From Trueperaceae bacterium (GTDB lineage Bacteria > Deinococcota > Deinococci > Deinococcales > Trueperaceae): a stretch of DNA of 64,000 bases. The notes below the pieces were generated by a model, which searched no databases, had not been told where the DNA came from, and worked only from the letters and a program-made list of their open reading frames with translations. The stretch is from assembly GCA_965213705.1 (NCBI GenBank), contig OZ243913.1:1088001-1152000 (forward strand), given 5' to 3'. The position numbers were made by a program, and so were the translations under genes. This document shows positions 10,705-20,427 of the stretch, piece after piece (within the stretch, counting starts at the first letter, position 1; the number at the start of each line of letters is the position of its first letter).

Positions 10705-12264
10705 TCAGTGGACGATGAGCGAAGTACCCGTCATCTCTGCAGGTTGCGCCAAGTCCATCAGCTCGAGCAGCGTGGGCGCTACGTCACAAAGCGCGCCGCC
10801 GTCACGAAGTTTGAGAGTTTTGTCGCCGCCGATGACGAGGCAGGGCACCGGGTTGGTGGTGTGCGCCGTGTGCGGGCGACCGTCCTCGGTGAGCATCTTT
10901 TCGGCGTTGCCGTGGTCGGCGATGACGACGACGCTGCCCCCTTTGGCGCGCACTGCCTCGACGAGCCGGCCCAAGCCTTGGTCTACGGTTTCGCAAGCCT
11001 TGACCGCCGCCGCCAGCACGCCCGTGTGGCCGACCATGTCGGGGTTGGCGTAGTTGAGGAGGACAAAGGCGTCGTCGTGCGTCTCAAGACGTTTCAGGGT
11101 CTCTTCGGTGAGTTGCGGCGCGCTCATCTCGGGTTTCAGGTCGTAGGTGGCGACGTCCTTGGGCGACGGGACGATGTGGCGGTCCTCGCCCGGAAACGGC
11201 TCTTCACGCTCGGCGTTGAAAAAAAAGGTCACGTGCGCGTACTTTTCGGTTTCGGCGGTGTGATACTGGGTTTTCCCGGCCTTGCTCACCGTTTCGGACA
11301 GGGTGTTGCCGAGGTTAGGCAAGGCGAGCGCAAACGTGGAGCCCAGTTCGCGGTCGTACTCCATCAGCGAGGCGTAGTGGAGGTCTTCGACGACGCGGCA
11401 GCGCGAAAACTCTTGCCAGTCGGCGTCTTTGAGAAGCGCGTAGCTGAGTTGCCGCGCGCGGTCGGCGCGGAAGTTGAAGAAAAACACCGCGTCGCCGTCG
11501 CTCATGGTGGCGACCGGCCGGCCGTTCCGGGTGACGACGGTAGCCTTGACGAACTCGTCGGTCTCGCCGCGCTCGTAGGCTTGCCCGACGGCGGCGGCGG
11601 CACCCTCGGCGCTGTGCTCAGCTCGGCCGCAGACAACAGCGTCGTAGGCCTGCTGGGTGCGCTCCCAGCGGCGGTCGCGGTCCATCGCGTAGTAGCGGCC
11701 CGTCACGCTGGCGATTTTTATGTCGTGCTCCAAGCTGTCGATGTGGCCTTGCAGTTCGGTCACGTAACCCAGGCCGCTGTCGGGCGGGGTGTCGCGGCCG
11801 TCGGTAAAGAGGTGCAGGTAAACCGGCGCGACTTGTTCGCGTTTGGCAAGCTCGAGCAGCGCGTACAGGTGGGTCAGGTCGCTGTGAACCCCGCCCCGGC
11901 TCGCCAGGCCCATGAGGTGAAGGGCGTTGCCGCGCCTTTTGGCCGCGCCGAACAGGTCGGTCAGCACCTCGTTCTCGAAAAACCTGCCGGACTCGATAAG
12001 GCTTTCGATTAGGGTGAGGCTCTGGTTGACCACCCGGCCCGCGCCCAAGTTGAGGTGCCCGACCTCGCTGTTGCCCATCTGCCCTTTCGGCAAGCCGACC
12101 GCGCGGCCTGAGGCGGCGAGCTGCGTGTGCGCTTCCTCGCGCCAGTAGCGGTCGAAGTTGGGGGTGTCGGCCGTCGTCACCGCGTTGCCCGGCCCAGCCG
12201 GGGCCAGCCCAAAGCCGTCCAAAATCACCAGCATGACGGGTTTGGTTCCGGCAGCTCGGTTCAC
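10705..12264 (-). CDS. gpmI: 2,3-bisphosphoglycerate-independent phosphoglycerate mutase
   Basis: ILDGFG, GQMGNSEVGH, GRYYAMDRD, AETEKYAHVTFFFN, NPDMVGHTG, ADHGNAE. Confidence 0.97.
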   Translation of the reverse strand: MNRAAGTKPVMLVILDGFGLAPAGPGNAVTTADTPNFDRYWREEAHTQLAASGRAVGLPKGQMGNSEVGHLNLGAGRVVNQSLTLIESLIESGRFFENEVLTDLFGAAKRRGNALHLMGLASRGGVHSDLTHLYALLELAKREQVAPVYLHLFTDGRDTPPDSGLGYVTELQGHIDSLEHDIKIASVTGRYYAMDRDRRWERTQQAYDAVVCGRAEHSAEGAAAAVGQAYERGETDEFVKATVVTRNGRPVATMSDGDAVFFFNFRADRARQLSYALLKDADWQEFSRCRVVEDLHYASLMEYDRELGSTFALALPNLGNTLSETVSKAGKTQYHTAETEKYAHVTFFFNAEREEPFPGEDRHIVPSPKDVATYDLKPEMSAPQLTEETLKRLETHDDAFVLLNYANPDMVGHTGVLAAAVKACETVDQGLGRLVEAVRAKGGSVVVIADHGNAEKMLTEDGRPHTAHTTNPVPCLVIGGDKTLKLRDGGALCDVAPTLLELMDLAQPAEMTGTSLIVH

Positions 12265-12722
12265 GTTAAAACTTCAATCTCGCCTATTTCCGCGTCGAGG
12301 ACGAAGATGTTGCGCTCCAAACGAAAGTCGGTCACGGTAACGCCGCGCACGTTCTCGCCCACGAGGGTTTGCAAGTCGATAAGGACGAACAGGTCGTCGC
12401 CCGCGACCTTCAAATCGACGCCTTTTAGGGTGGGCAGTGAGAAGATTTTCAGCAGCAGTTGCACCAGCGCGTTCAGCGGCAGCGCGTTGAGCGCGGTCGT
12501 CACCTTGAACACGGCCCGGCCGCTTTCAAAACGGTCGTACTTCAGGTTGACGTTCAGGATGGGCGTGAGGCGCTGCAAAAACTTTGGTAAACGGTCGCGC
12601 GGGTTGATGCGCACCACTAACGTGTCGCCGCTGCTCGAGATGCTTTCCACCTCGGGCGGCAGCGGCTCTTGGCTGCGCTGCAGGGCCATCATTTCGTCGA
12701 AGGGCAGTAGGATTCGGGCCAT
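12261..12722 (-). CDS. Hypothetical protein
   Basis: Host-like codon usage, 4-bp overlap with gpmI. Confidence 0.8.
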   Translation of the reverse strand: MARILLPFDEMMALQRSQEPLPPEVESISSSGDTLVVRINPRDRLPKFLQRLTPILNVNLKYDRFESGRAVFKVTTALNALPLNALVQLLLKIFSLPTLKGVDLKVAGDDLFVLIDLQTLVGENVRGVTVTDFRLERNIFVLDAEIGEIEVLT

Positions 12723-12855
12723 AGGTTACTCCGGTCGGGTGAGGATGGGTTGGGGGCGGTGGGTATGAGGCGGTGGGTATGAGGGGATGGTCATGGAGGT
12801 AGAGGTGTTGAAATGGAGGGTGAAGCCGAAAGCTTCTACTTGTCTACTTTGTGGT

Positions 12856-13692
12856 TCATCGCCACCTGCCCAGGGCTCGAGCGACGCGGTTCTCCAACAC
12901 GTCCAAGTCTTGGGGCTCGACCTCTTGTAAGGTTTTACCGAGTTCGTGCGCCACGTAACAGCGGGCGACGAACTCCAGTTCGCCCTTGTAAGCGGGGTCG
13001 GCGAGGACAAAGGGCAGCAGCTCTTGAAGCTTGTCCATGAGGTAGCGCTTGGCGAGGTACACGGCTACCGCGCGTTCGTCCTCGCTTAAAAGGGGCGTCG
13101 GCACGGCGGGGTCGGCGGCCAGCACCCGGCTCGCCCGAACGATTTGCACCTGGGTGGCGTAGCGGGTGCAGGTCGTGCAAAGGGGCCGCGCTTCGGACAG
13201 CGCGCCGCACAGTTCGCAGGCTTGCCAACCCTCGGCGCGGCGGCGCTCGCGGTAACCGAGCATCGCTTTGGCCGCGCCCATCGCGGGCCGGGCTAGGTCC
13301 TGGGGCAGTTTTTCTAGGTCACGAGCGAGTTTGGCGAGCGCCTTGCTGTCTACGGGCACGGGTTTGGGCGGCTCCGGTTCCGGCGGCACGACGGCTATCC
13401 TCCCGAGGCGAAAGCGGATGTCGCGAACGTCTTTGCTGCCGAACTTGCCACGGTACACGTCCACAAAGCGCTGCCGCTGGAGCGTGAGGTGCATCGAGGT
13501 TTCGCTGTCGGGCACTTCGACGATCAAAACCCCGTCCTGCAGCGTTTTGGCCTCGGTAAACTTGGCGACTTCGCGCCCGACGACCTGCGGCCACAGCAGC
13601 ACCGCCTCGGCGCGGCGCACGGCGCGCTTCATGCCGCCGCGCTTGAACACCTCGGCCAACACGTCGCCGACGTGGCTGCTTTTAGCTGCCAT
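12856..13692 (-). CDS. DUF721/DciA family protein with CxxC-CxxC zinc ribbon extension
   Basis: LLWPQVVGREVAKFT...DGVLIVEV N-terminal domain, directly downstream of recF; CELC..CTTC. Confidence 0.8.
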   Translation of the reverse strand: MAAKSSHVGDVLAEVFKRGGMKRAVRRAEAVLLWPQVVGREVAKFTEAKTLQDGVLIVEVPDSETSMHLTLQRQRFVDVYRGKFGSKDVRDIRFRLGRIAVVPPEPEPPKPVPVDSKALAKLARDLEKLPQDLARPAMGAAKAMLGYRERRRAEGWQACELCGALSEARPLCTTCTRYATQVQIVRASRVLAADPAVPTPLLSEDERAVAVYLAKRYLMDKLQELLPFVLADPAYKGELEFVARCYVAHELGKTLQEVEPQDLDVLENRVARALGRWR

Positions 13693-13694
13693 CT

Positions 13695-14741
13695 TCAACC
13701 ACCCCGAAAACTTCCCCCCGAGACGTGGTAGAGCGCCCCGTACTGCGGCGGTTTTTCGGTGCCGCTCACCACGGCTTGCGGGGTACTCGCGGCCAGCTCG
13801 AGCAAGTAAGCTCGCCGGTTGGCGTCGAGTTCGGCGGTAAAGTCGTCGAGCAGCAAGACCGGCGCTTCGCCGTGTTTTTCCAGCAGCAAGCGGTACTCGG
13901 CCACGCGCAGCGCCAGCGACGCGGTGCGCGCCTCGCCGCGCGAGCCGTAGGCTTGGACGCTGTGCCCGTCGAGCGCAAGCACGAGGTCGTCGCGGTGCGG
14001 CCCGACTACGGTCACGCCGCGGGTACGCTCTTCGAAGCTGCTCAGCTCGAGGCGTTCTTGAAGCGTGCCCGCCTCGGCCTCGCTCGCCAAGCTCACGCTC
14101 AGCCTTTTGCCGTCGCCGGCAACTTCCGCGTAGGTCGTCTCGGCGATGTCGCGAATGCGCTTCAGCGCTCGAGCCCGCAGCTTGACAATCGCGTCACCAA
14201 GTTCGACGAACTTAGCCGTCCACACCTCCAAAGTAGGGTCGTGTCGGCCTTGTTTGAGGACGGAATTGCGCTGCTCCACGACCCTAGTATACTCGCGCAG
14301 CAGCAGCGCGTAGCGCAAGGAGAGCCGGGACAGCAGCGTGTCCAGGTAAGCCCGCCGACCTCCCGGTGGACCGTGGACGAGGTCGGTGTCCTCCGGCGTC
14401 ACCAGCACCGCCGCCGCGACCCGCGCCACTTCCATAGCCCGCACCGTCTGTCCGTCCAGCCGCACCACTTTACGCCCCGGTGCCAAACCCACTTCAATCG
14501 TGCTGATACCGTCCTCGCGCTCGAGCTTCACCCCGACAAAGCCCTCAGACTCGCCTATTCGCACCGACTCGACGATTTTGCCGCTCGGCAGTTCGCCGGT
14601 ACAGCCCAGGTAGAGCGCGTCCAAAAGGTTGGACTTGCCCGAGGCGTTTTGGCCGACGACCGCCGTGATGCCCGCCCCGAACTCCAGGCGCGGCGTGACG
14701 AGGTTGCGGAAGTTGAGTTGGGACACGCTCAGGAGAAGCAC
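13695..14741 (-). CDS. recF: DNA replication and repair protein RecF
   Basis: NFRN, GQNASGKSN, GPHRDD, GSRGE, PVLLLDDFTAELD. Confidence 0.96.
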   Translation of the reverse strand: MLLLSVSQLNFRNLVTPRLEFGAGITAVVGQNASGKSNLLDALYLGCTGELPSGKIVESVRIGESEGFVGVKLEREDGISTIEVGLAPGRKVVRLDGQTVRAMEVARVAAAVLVTPEDTDLVHGPPGGRRAYLDTLLSRLSLRYALLLREYTRVVEQRNSVLKQGRHDPTLEVWTAKFVELGDAIVKLRARALKRIRDIAETTYAEVAGDGKRLSVSLASEAEAGTLQERLELSSFEERTRGVTVVGPHRDDLVLALDGHSVQAYGSRGEARTASLALRVAEYRLLLEKHGEAPVLLLDDFTAELDANRRAYLLELAASTPQAVVSGTEKPPQYGALYHVSGGSFRGG

Positions 14742-14801
14742 GGGCTACAGTCTAACCCTGATACCTTTTCCGGTTAATTCCCTGAAGAATTAACCCGAGC
14801 A

Positions 14802-14881
14802 AGCAGTCCTGAACCAGAGGTAGTGACTTTGATTGCTGAGCATTGGTAAATCGTTGATGGTACCATCGGTTCAGGACTGCT
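14802..14881. repeat. MITE-like element with perfect 14-bp terminal inverted repeats
   Basis: agcagtcctgaacc (14802-14815) / ggttcaggactgct (14868-14881). Confidence 0.65.
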
Positions 14882-14897
14882 CAGCGAGAATAAATAA

Positions 14898-14965
14898 ATA
14901 CGGATTCCGATGAGGAACTGGAAAATCACTTCCAAGGTAATCAGGCGTATTATCGGAATCTGTAT
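14898..14965. repeat. MITE-like element, TIR atacggattccgat (copy 1)
   Basis: atacggattccgat / atcggaatctgtat (13/14 complementary); identical left end at 27542. Confidence 0.65.
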
Positions 14966-15033
14966 GGGACGTGCAGGGTTTACCCGCGGGGACGGCTCGA
15001 GTCAAGCCCCGGTTGCTGCAAGGCAAGGGTGTC

Positions 15034-17121
15034 TCACGCGACGTCGGCGAAGGTTTTGTCCTCCTCGGCAAGGCGTTTCAACAGCGGCGCAGCTTGCCAA
15101 TGGTCGCCGTGCCGCTGTTGAAACTCGCGAACGTCCCTGTACACGTCCGCCAGGCCGACCTCGCCCGCGTAGAACATGGGGCCGCCCCGGTAGGCGGGAA
15201 AGCCGTAGCCGTAGACGTAAATCACGTCGATGTCGCTTGAACGCTGCGCCACGCCCTCGTCCAAAACCTGCGCGCCCTCGTTGACGAGTTGGTACAGGAG
15301 GCGTTTGAGGATTTCCTCGTCACTAATGTCGCGGCGTTCGAAGCCTTCCGCTTGAGAGTGCTCGAGGACGAGCGCTTCAATCTCCGGGTCGGGCTGCGGC
15401 GTGCGGTCGTTCGCCGCGTAGCGGTAAAAGCCCGCGCCGCTCTTTTGGCCCAGGCGGCCCATTTCGACCACTTTGTCGGCCAGCCCTGAGTAGCGCTCAC
15501 CAGGGTCGCGCGTGGCGGCGCGGGCTTGCCGGATGCGGTAACCCACGTCGAGGCCGGCCAAGTCGCCCACCGCGAACGGCCCCATCGCCATGCCGAAGTC
15601 CGTCATCACCCGGTCGACTTGTTGGGGCAGCGCGCCCTCCTCGACCAGAAAGAAAGCCTCGCGCACGTAAGGGTGCAACATCCGGTTGCCCACGAAACCG
15701 TCGCACACGCCGACGACCACCGGAATTTTGCCGAGCTTTTTGCCCAGCGCGACGGCGGTTAGAAGCGCCTCGTCCGAGGTTTTGTCGCCGCGCACGACTT
15801 CTAAGAGCTTCATGACGTTCGCGGGGCTGAAAAAGTGCATCCCGACGACCGTCTCGGGCCGACGCGTCGCGGCGGCGATGGCGTTCACGTCGAGCGTCGA
15901 GGTGTTGGTTGCCAGCACCGAAGTGTCGTTCACAGCGCCGTCCAAACGTTCGAACACCTCTTTTTTGAGGTTCATGTCCTCGAACACCGCTTCGACGACC
16001 ACGTCGGCGTCGGCGAGTTCACCGACCTCCAACACCCCCTCGATACGCCCTAAGCGTTCCTGCACGGCCTCCTCGGTCAAACGGCCCTTGGCGGCGCTGC
16101 GCCGGTAGTTTTTCTCGATGGTGTTCAACCCTTTGTCCAAGTTCTCCTGGGAGGTCTCGAGCACCTTGACCGGCAGAGAAGCGTCGGCGAAACACATGGC
16201 GATGCCCCCGCCCATCGTGCCCGCACCGACGACGGCACCTTTGGAAATGTTTTTGGGTTTGACGCCCTCGTCGACGTCCGCGACTTTCGCCGCCCGGCGC
16301 TCGGCGAAAAACACGTGGCGCAAGCCCCGAGACTGTTCGCCTTGCAAAAGCTCCATAAACAGTTCGCGCTCGCGTATCATGCCTTTTTCAAAAGGTAGTT
16401 TGGCAGCCGCTTCGACCGCGTCGATACAGCGCAGCGGCGCGACCCTGCCGCGGGCGCGGCGTTCAGCCTGACGCCGCGCCTCGGCCAAAACCTCGTCGAC
16501 GGGCGCGCCGCTGCCGACGGCCCGCTCACTCGTCGGGCGCTTGCCTTTGTCCGCCACACGGCGCGCGTAGGCGAGCGCGCCCGCTAACAAGTCGCCCTCG
16601 ACAACCTCGTCTACCAAACCCAGCTCGAGCGCCCGACGAGCCTTGACGGGGTTGCCGCCGACGACCAGCTCCACGCCGGCTTCCAAACCGACGAGCCGCG
16701 GCAGCCGCTGCGTGCCGCCCGCGCCGGGCAGCAGGCCCAGTTTCACCTCGGGCGTGCCGAGCCGCGCGCCGGGCGCGGCCACGCGGTAGTCGCAGGCGAG
16801 GGCGACTTCCAAGCCGCCCCCCAGGGCCAGGCCGTGGACCGCGGCAACGACGGGTTTTCCCGACGCCGCCACCCCCGCGACGAGCCCGCGTATGTCGGGG
16901 GCTTGGTCGCGGGGCAGCGTGAACGTCTTGATGTCCGCCCCGGCGATAAAGTTTTCGCCACCGGTAAGCACCAAAGCCCTCACCGCGTCGTCGGCGTTGC
17001 CCTTCTCAATACCCGCCAAAATCCCCTCCGGCACGCCGCGGCTGAGCACGTTCAAGGGCGGGTTGTCGATGGTGACGACGGCGACGTCGCCGTGGACTTT
17101 ATAACGAACCAGGTCTGCCAT
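15034..17121 (-). CDS. Bifunctional enoyl-CoA hydratase / 3-hydroxyacyl-CoA dehydrogenase
   Basis: FIAGADI, LGGGLEVALACDYR, GAGTMGGGIA, ATNTSTL, GMHFFSPANVM. Confidence 0.95.
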   Translation of the reverse strand: MADLVRYKVHGDVAVVTIDNPPLNVLSRGVPEGILAGIEKGNADDAVRALVLTGGENFIAGADIKTFTLPRDQAPDIRGLVAGVAASGKPVVAAVHGLALGGGLEVALACDYRVAAPGARLGTPEVKLGLLPGAGGTQRLPRLVGLEAGVELVVGGNPVKARRALELGLVDEVVEGDLLAGALAYARRVADKGKRPTSERAVGSGAPVDEVLAEARRQAERRARGRVAPLRCIDAVEAAAKLPFEKGMIRERELFMELLQGEQSRGLRHVFFAERRAAKVADVDEGVKPKNISKGAVVGAGTMGGGIAMCFADASLPVKVLETSQENLDKGLNTIEKNYRRSAAKGRLTEEAVQERLGRIEGVLEVGELADADVVVEAVFEDMNLKKEVFERLDGAVNDTSVLATNTSTLDVNAIAAATRRPETVVGMHFFSPANVMKLLEVVRGDKTSDEALLTAVALGKKLGKIPVVVGVCDGFVGNRMLHPYVREAFFLVEEGALPQQVDRVMTDFGMAMGPFAVGDLAGLDVGYRIRQARAATRDPGERYSGLADKVVEMGRLGQKSGAGFYRYAANDRTPQPDPEIEALVLEHSQAEGFERRDISDEEILKRLLYQLVNEGAQVLDEGVAQRSSDIDVIYVYGYGFPAYRGGPMFYAGEVGLADVYRDVREFQQRHGDHWQAAPLLKRLAEEDKTFADVA

Positions 17122-17198
17122 AGCTTCTCCTTATTGACGGTGATAAAAGAGTTGTTCGCCGTTCGTTATTCGTAAAAACGCCTAAACGAACAACTTTC

Positions 17199-18401
17199 TC
17201 AGTCCATGTGTTTTCTCAGCTCGAGCTTCGCCACGCTTTCCACGTGGACCTCGTCGGGGCCGTCGGCCAAACGTAAAGTCCGGGCGTTGGCCCAGGCGGC
17301 GGCCAAAAAGGTGTCGTTAGAGACGCCCGCGCCGCCGAAAACCTGGATTGCGCGGTCGATGACGCCCAAAGCCATGCTCGGCGCGACGACTTTGATCATC
17401 GAGATTTCGGCGCGAGCCGCCTTGTTGCCCACCGTGTCCATCAGGTGGGCGGCTTGCAGCGTCAAGAGCCGCGCCTGCTCTATTTCGATGCGGGACTTGG
17501 CGATGTCGGCGCGCACTACGCCGTGCTCGGCGACGCGCCGCCCGAAAGTTTCGCGTTGCAGGGCGCGGCGGCACATGGCTTCCAGCGCGCGTTCGGCCTG
17601 CCCAACAAGGCGCATACAGTGGTGGATGCGGCCCGGCCCGAGCCGCCCCTGCGCGATTTCGAAGCCGCGCCCCTCGCCCAAAATCATGTTCGCGGCGGGC
17701 ACGCGCACGTTGTCAAAACTGATTTCGGCGTGCCCGTGCGGCGCGTGGTCGTAACCGAACACGTTCAAAACGCGCTCAATCGTGACGCCCGGCGTGTCGA
17801 GCGGGACCAAAATCATCGACTGCTGTTTGTGTTTGGGCGCGTCGGGGTCGCTCTTGCCCATAAAAATAGCGACTTTGCAGCGCGGGTCGGCCGCGCCCGA
17901 ACTCCACCACTTGCGCCCGTTGAGCACGTAACTGTCGCCGTCGCGGTGGACGCTCGAGCGCACGTTGGTCGCGTCGCTTGAGGCCACGTCCGGCTCGGTC
18001 ATGCAAAAGCATGACCGAATCTCGCCCGCCAGCAGGGGCTCGAGCCACCGCTGTTGCTGCTGGGGTGTGCCGTACCGCGCCAGCACTTCCATGTTGCCCG
18101 TGTCGGGGGCGCTGCAGTTGAAGACCTCGGGCGCCCAGTGAACGCGGCCCATCGTCTCGCAGAGCGGGGCGTATTCCAGGTTCGTCAACCCCGCGCCCCG
18201 CTCGTCGGGTAAGAACAGGTTCCACAATCCCGCCTCGCGCGCTTTGGGTTTGAGGTCTTCGACGAGTTGGACGGGCTGCCAGCGGTCACCGGTCGCGACC
18301 TGGCGCTCGAACTCGGCCTCGTTGGGGTAGACGTGCTCGTTCATAAAAGCGCGCAGGCGCGTTTGTAGGTCGGTCACTTTTACAGACGGTTCGAACTGCA
18401 T
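17199..18401 (-). CDS. Acyl-CoA dehydrogenase (ACAD10/11, LvaC-like subfamily)
   Basis: [59 protein letters not shown]. Confidence 0.93.
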   Translation of the reverse strand: MQFEPSVKVTDLQTRLRAFMNEHVYPNEAEFERQVATGDRWQPVQLVEDLKPKAREAGLWNLFLPDERGAGLTNLEYAPLCETMGRVHWAPEVFNCSAPDTGNMEVLARYGTPQQQQRWLEPLLAGEIRSCFCMTEPDVASSDATNVRSSVHRDGDSYVLNGRKWWSSGAADPRCKVAIFMGKSDPDAPKHKQQSMILVPLDTPGVTIERVLNVFGYDHAPHGHAEISFDNVRVPAANMILGEGRGFEIAQGRLGPGRIHHCMRLVGQAERALEAMCRRALQRETFGRRVAEHGVVRADIAKSRIEIEQARLLTLQAAHLMDTVGNKAARAEISMIKVVAPSMALGVIDRAIQVFGGAGVSNDTFLAAAWANARTLRLADGPDEVHVESVAKLELRKHMD

Positions 18402-18629
18402 AAGCCTCCTCCGGGGTTCAGGCCGGGCCTCGTCCCGGCTCGAACGGGCGCACTCGCTTGTTTGCGCCCCGGCCGGTCCCGCCGAGGAACGGTCCCGCGT
18501 GGCCTAAAGCGTAGCATCAACGGCGCCCGAACGCCGCGCGGCCTCGTCTGAGCCCGGAGCCGGTTCACGGAATCTCGGGCAACAGAGTTTTCTACGGTGG
18601 TTTTGTACAGTGGTTCCGAGGTGGTAAAG

Positions 18630-19955
18630 GTGGCAGACACGCTCCAGCAGCGTCCCGTCCCGAAGACCGATTTGGACAAGCTCGCCGCACGTTCCGACTT
18701 GGGCAGGCTCGCGAGCGCCCTAGAAGACGTCACTGCGGAGGACCTCGAGAGCGCGCTCCGAGCCCTCAAGCGCGACCGCCGCCCTGCCGAGGTTCCACCT
18801 GTCGACGGCGACTTTTACGACGTTTTTGCAACCTTCAGCGAGGACGAGCGGCGCTTGCAGCGCAGCGTGCGGCGCTTTTTTGCCGACCACGTCCGGCCCG
18901 TCATCAACGACTATTGGGACCGCGGCGAGTTTCCCAAAGAGATTATTCCCAAGGTGGCCGCGCTCGTCGAAGAGCTGTACGGCCCCTACCAGCCCGGCAT
19001 GTCCCTGAAGCGCTCGCCCCTGCTGTCGTTCGAACTCGGCTACGGCGACCCGTCCGTGTCGACCTTTTTCGGGGTGCATTGGGGCTTGTGCATGGGCACG
19101 ATTGAACGCTTCGGCTCCGAGAAGCAAAAAGCGAAGTGGCTGCCCGCCCTGTTTCGCTTCGAGAAAATCGGCTCCTGGGCGCTGACGGAGCCCGATCACG
19201 GCTCGGACGCGGCGGGCGGCCTGACGACGACGGCCACGCGTAACGGCGACACCTGGACCCTGAACGGCGCGAAAAAGTGGAGCGGCAACGCGACCTTCGC
19301 CGACGTGAACGTGATTTGGGCCAAGGACACGGCGGACGGTCAAGTCAAGGGATTTTTGCTCGAGCTGGGGACACCCGGTTACCGGGTCGAAAAGCTCGGC
19401 GGCAAAATCGCCAAACGCGCCATCGACAACGTGCTTATCGAACTTGACGGAGTCGAGGTGCCCGAAACTGCGCGCCTGCCCGGCGTGCGCTCGTTCAAAG
19501 ACGTCGCCAAACACTTGGCCGTCGGCCGGGCCGGCGTCGCCTGGGAGGCGGCGGGCATCGCCTTCGCCGCCTACGAGCACACGCTGCGCTACTGCAACGA
19601 GCGCGTTCAGTTCGGCAAGCCCATCACCAGCTTTCAGCTCGTCCAGGGCCAACTCGTGCAGATGCTCGGCAACGTTACCGCGATGTTGGGCGCGTTGCGG
19701 CGCTTGGCTGAACTAGAGGCCCAGGGCGGCTTGACCGCCGAACGGGCCAGCCTAGCCAAGGCCTGGTGTACCCGCACGATGCGCGAAACGGTGTCAATCG
19801 GCCGGGGTCTGATGGGGGGCAACGGGATTTTGCTCGAGCATGACGTCGCCCGCTACTTCGCCGACGCCGAGGCGGTGTACAGCTACGAGGGCAGCCACGA
19901 GATGAACACGCTCATCGTGGGGCGGGCGATTACGGGCATCAGCGCGTTCATTTAG
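18630..19955 (+). CDS. Acyl-CoA dehydrogenase (glutaryl-CoA dehydrogenase / ACX4-like)
   Basis: WALTEPDHGSDA, LNGAKKWSGN, GGNGILL, YSYEGSHEMN; start uncertain (18597-18630). Confidence 0.9.
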   Translation: MADTLQQRPVPKTDLDKLAARSDLGRLASALEDVTAEDLESALRALKRDRRPAEVPPVDGDFYDVFATFSEDERRLQRSVRRFFADHVRPVINDYWDRGEFPKEIIPKVAALVEELYGPYQPGMSLKRSPLLSFELGYGDPSVSTFFGVHWGLCMGTIERFGSEKQKAKWLPALFRFEKIGSWALTEPDHGSDAAGGLTTTATRNGDTWTLNGAKKWSGNATFADVNVIWAKDTADGQVKGFLLELGTPGYRVEKLGGKIAKRAIDNVLIELDGVEVPETARLPGVRSFKDVAKHLAVGRAGVAWEAAGIAFAAYEHTLRYCNERVQFGKPITSFQLVQGQLVQMLGNVTAMLGALRRLAELEAQGGLTAERASLAKAWCTRTMRETVSIGRGLMGGNGILLEHDVARYFADAEAVYSYEGSHEMNTLIVGRAITGISAFI

Positions 19956-19962
19956 GTTCGGC

Positions 19963-20358
19963 ATGTTGCAGCGAAATCTTCACGAGATTTGTCAGACACT
20001 TTTAGACAACGCTGATTTGACTATCTCAATGGATAGCAGCGGTGTGATTCGACTCGAGTTCGTACCTGCAAGCGAAAGGGAAGTTGTGATTTTCCTCTGT
20101 GGACAATTTTCCCGATTCAACTATAGAAAGAATCCTGAAGACACAAATGCTGTATTCGTCGGTGAAACACACGTCGCAGTTAAAGAAAACAAGCGCAGTG
20201 TGGCTGGACTACGGGTTGAGGATGGTTGGTTGGGTTTTAACAGCGAGTCCCTCAAACCTGCTGTCCACGTCGAAATCGAAGGCGGGGCCATGCTCAACAT
20301 TGTTTGTGAAAATTTCTCTTGGCAAGTGGGTGAGGGTGAAGTACAAACTGTTCTTTAA
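19963..20358 (+). CDS. Hypothetical protein (low GC)
   Basis: 131-aa open frame in an AT-rich patch between convergent genes. Confidence 0.6.
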   Translation: MLQRNLHEICQTLLDNADLTISMDSSGVIRLEFVPASEREVVIFLCGQFSRFNYRKNPEDTNAVFVGETHVAVKENKRSVAGLRVEDGWLGFNSESLKPAVHVEIEGGAMLNIVCENFSWQVGEGEVQTVL

Positions 20359-20427
20359 TAGGCGTTGACTCGGTCTCTTTGTTGCTCAAGCCGTCGAGGT
20401 AGCAAAGCCCTACCGACTCGAGCGATG

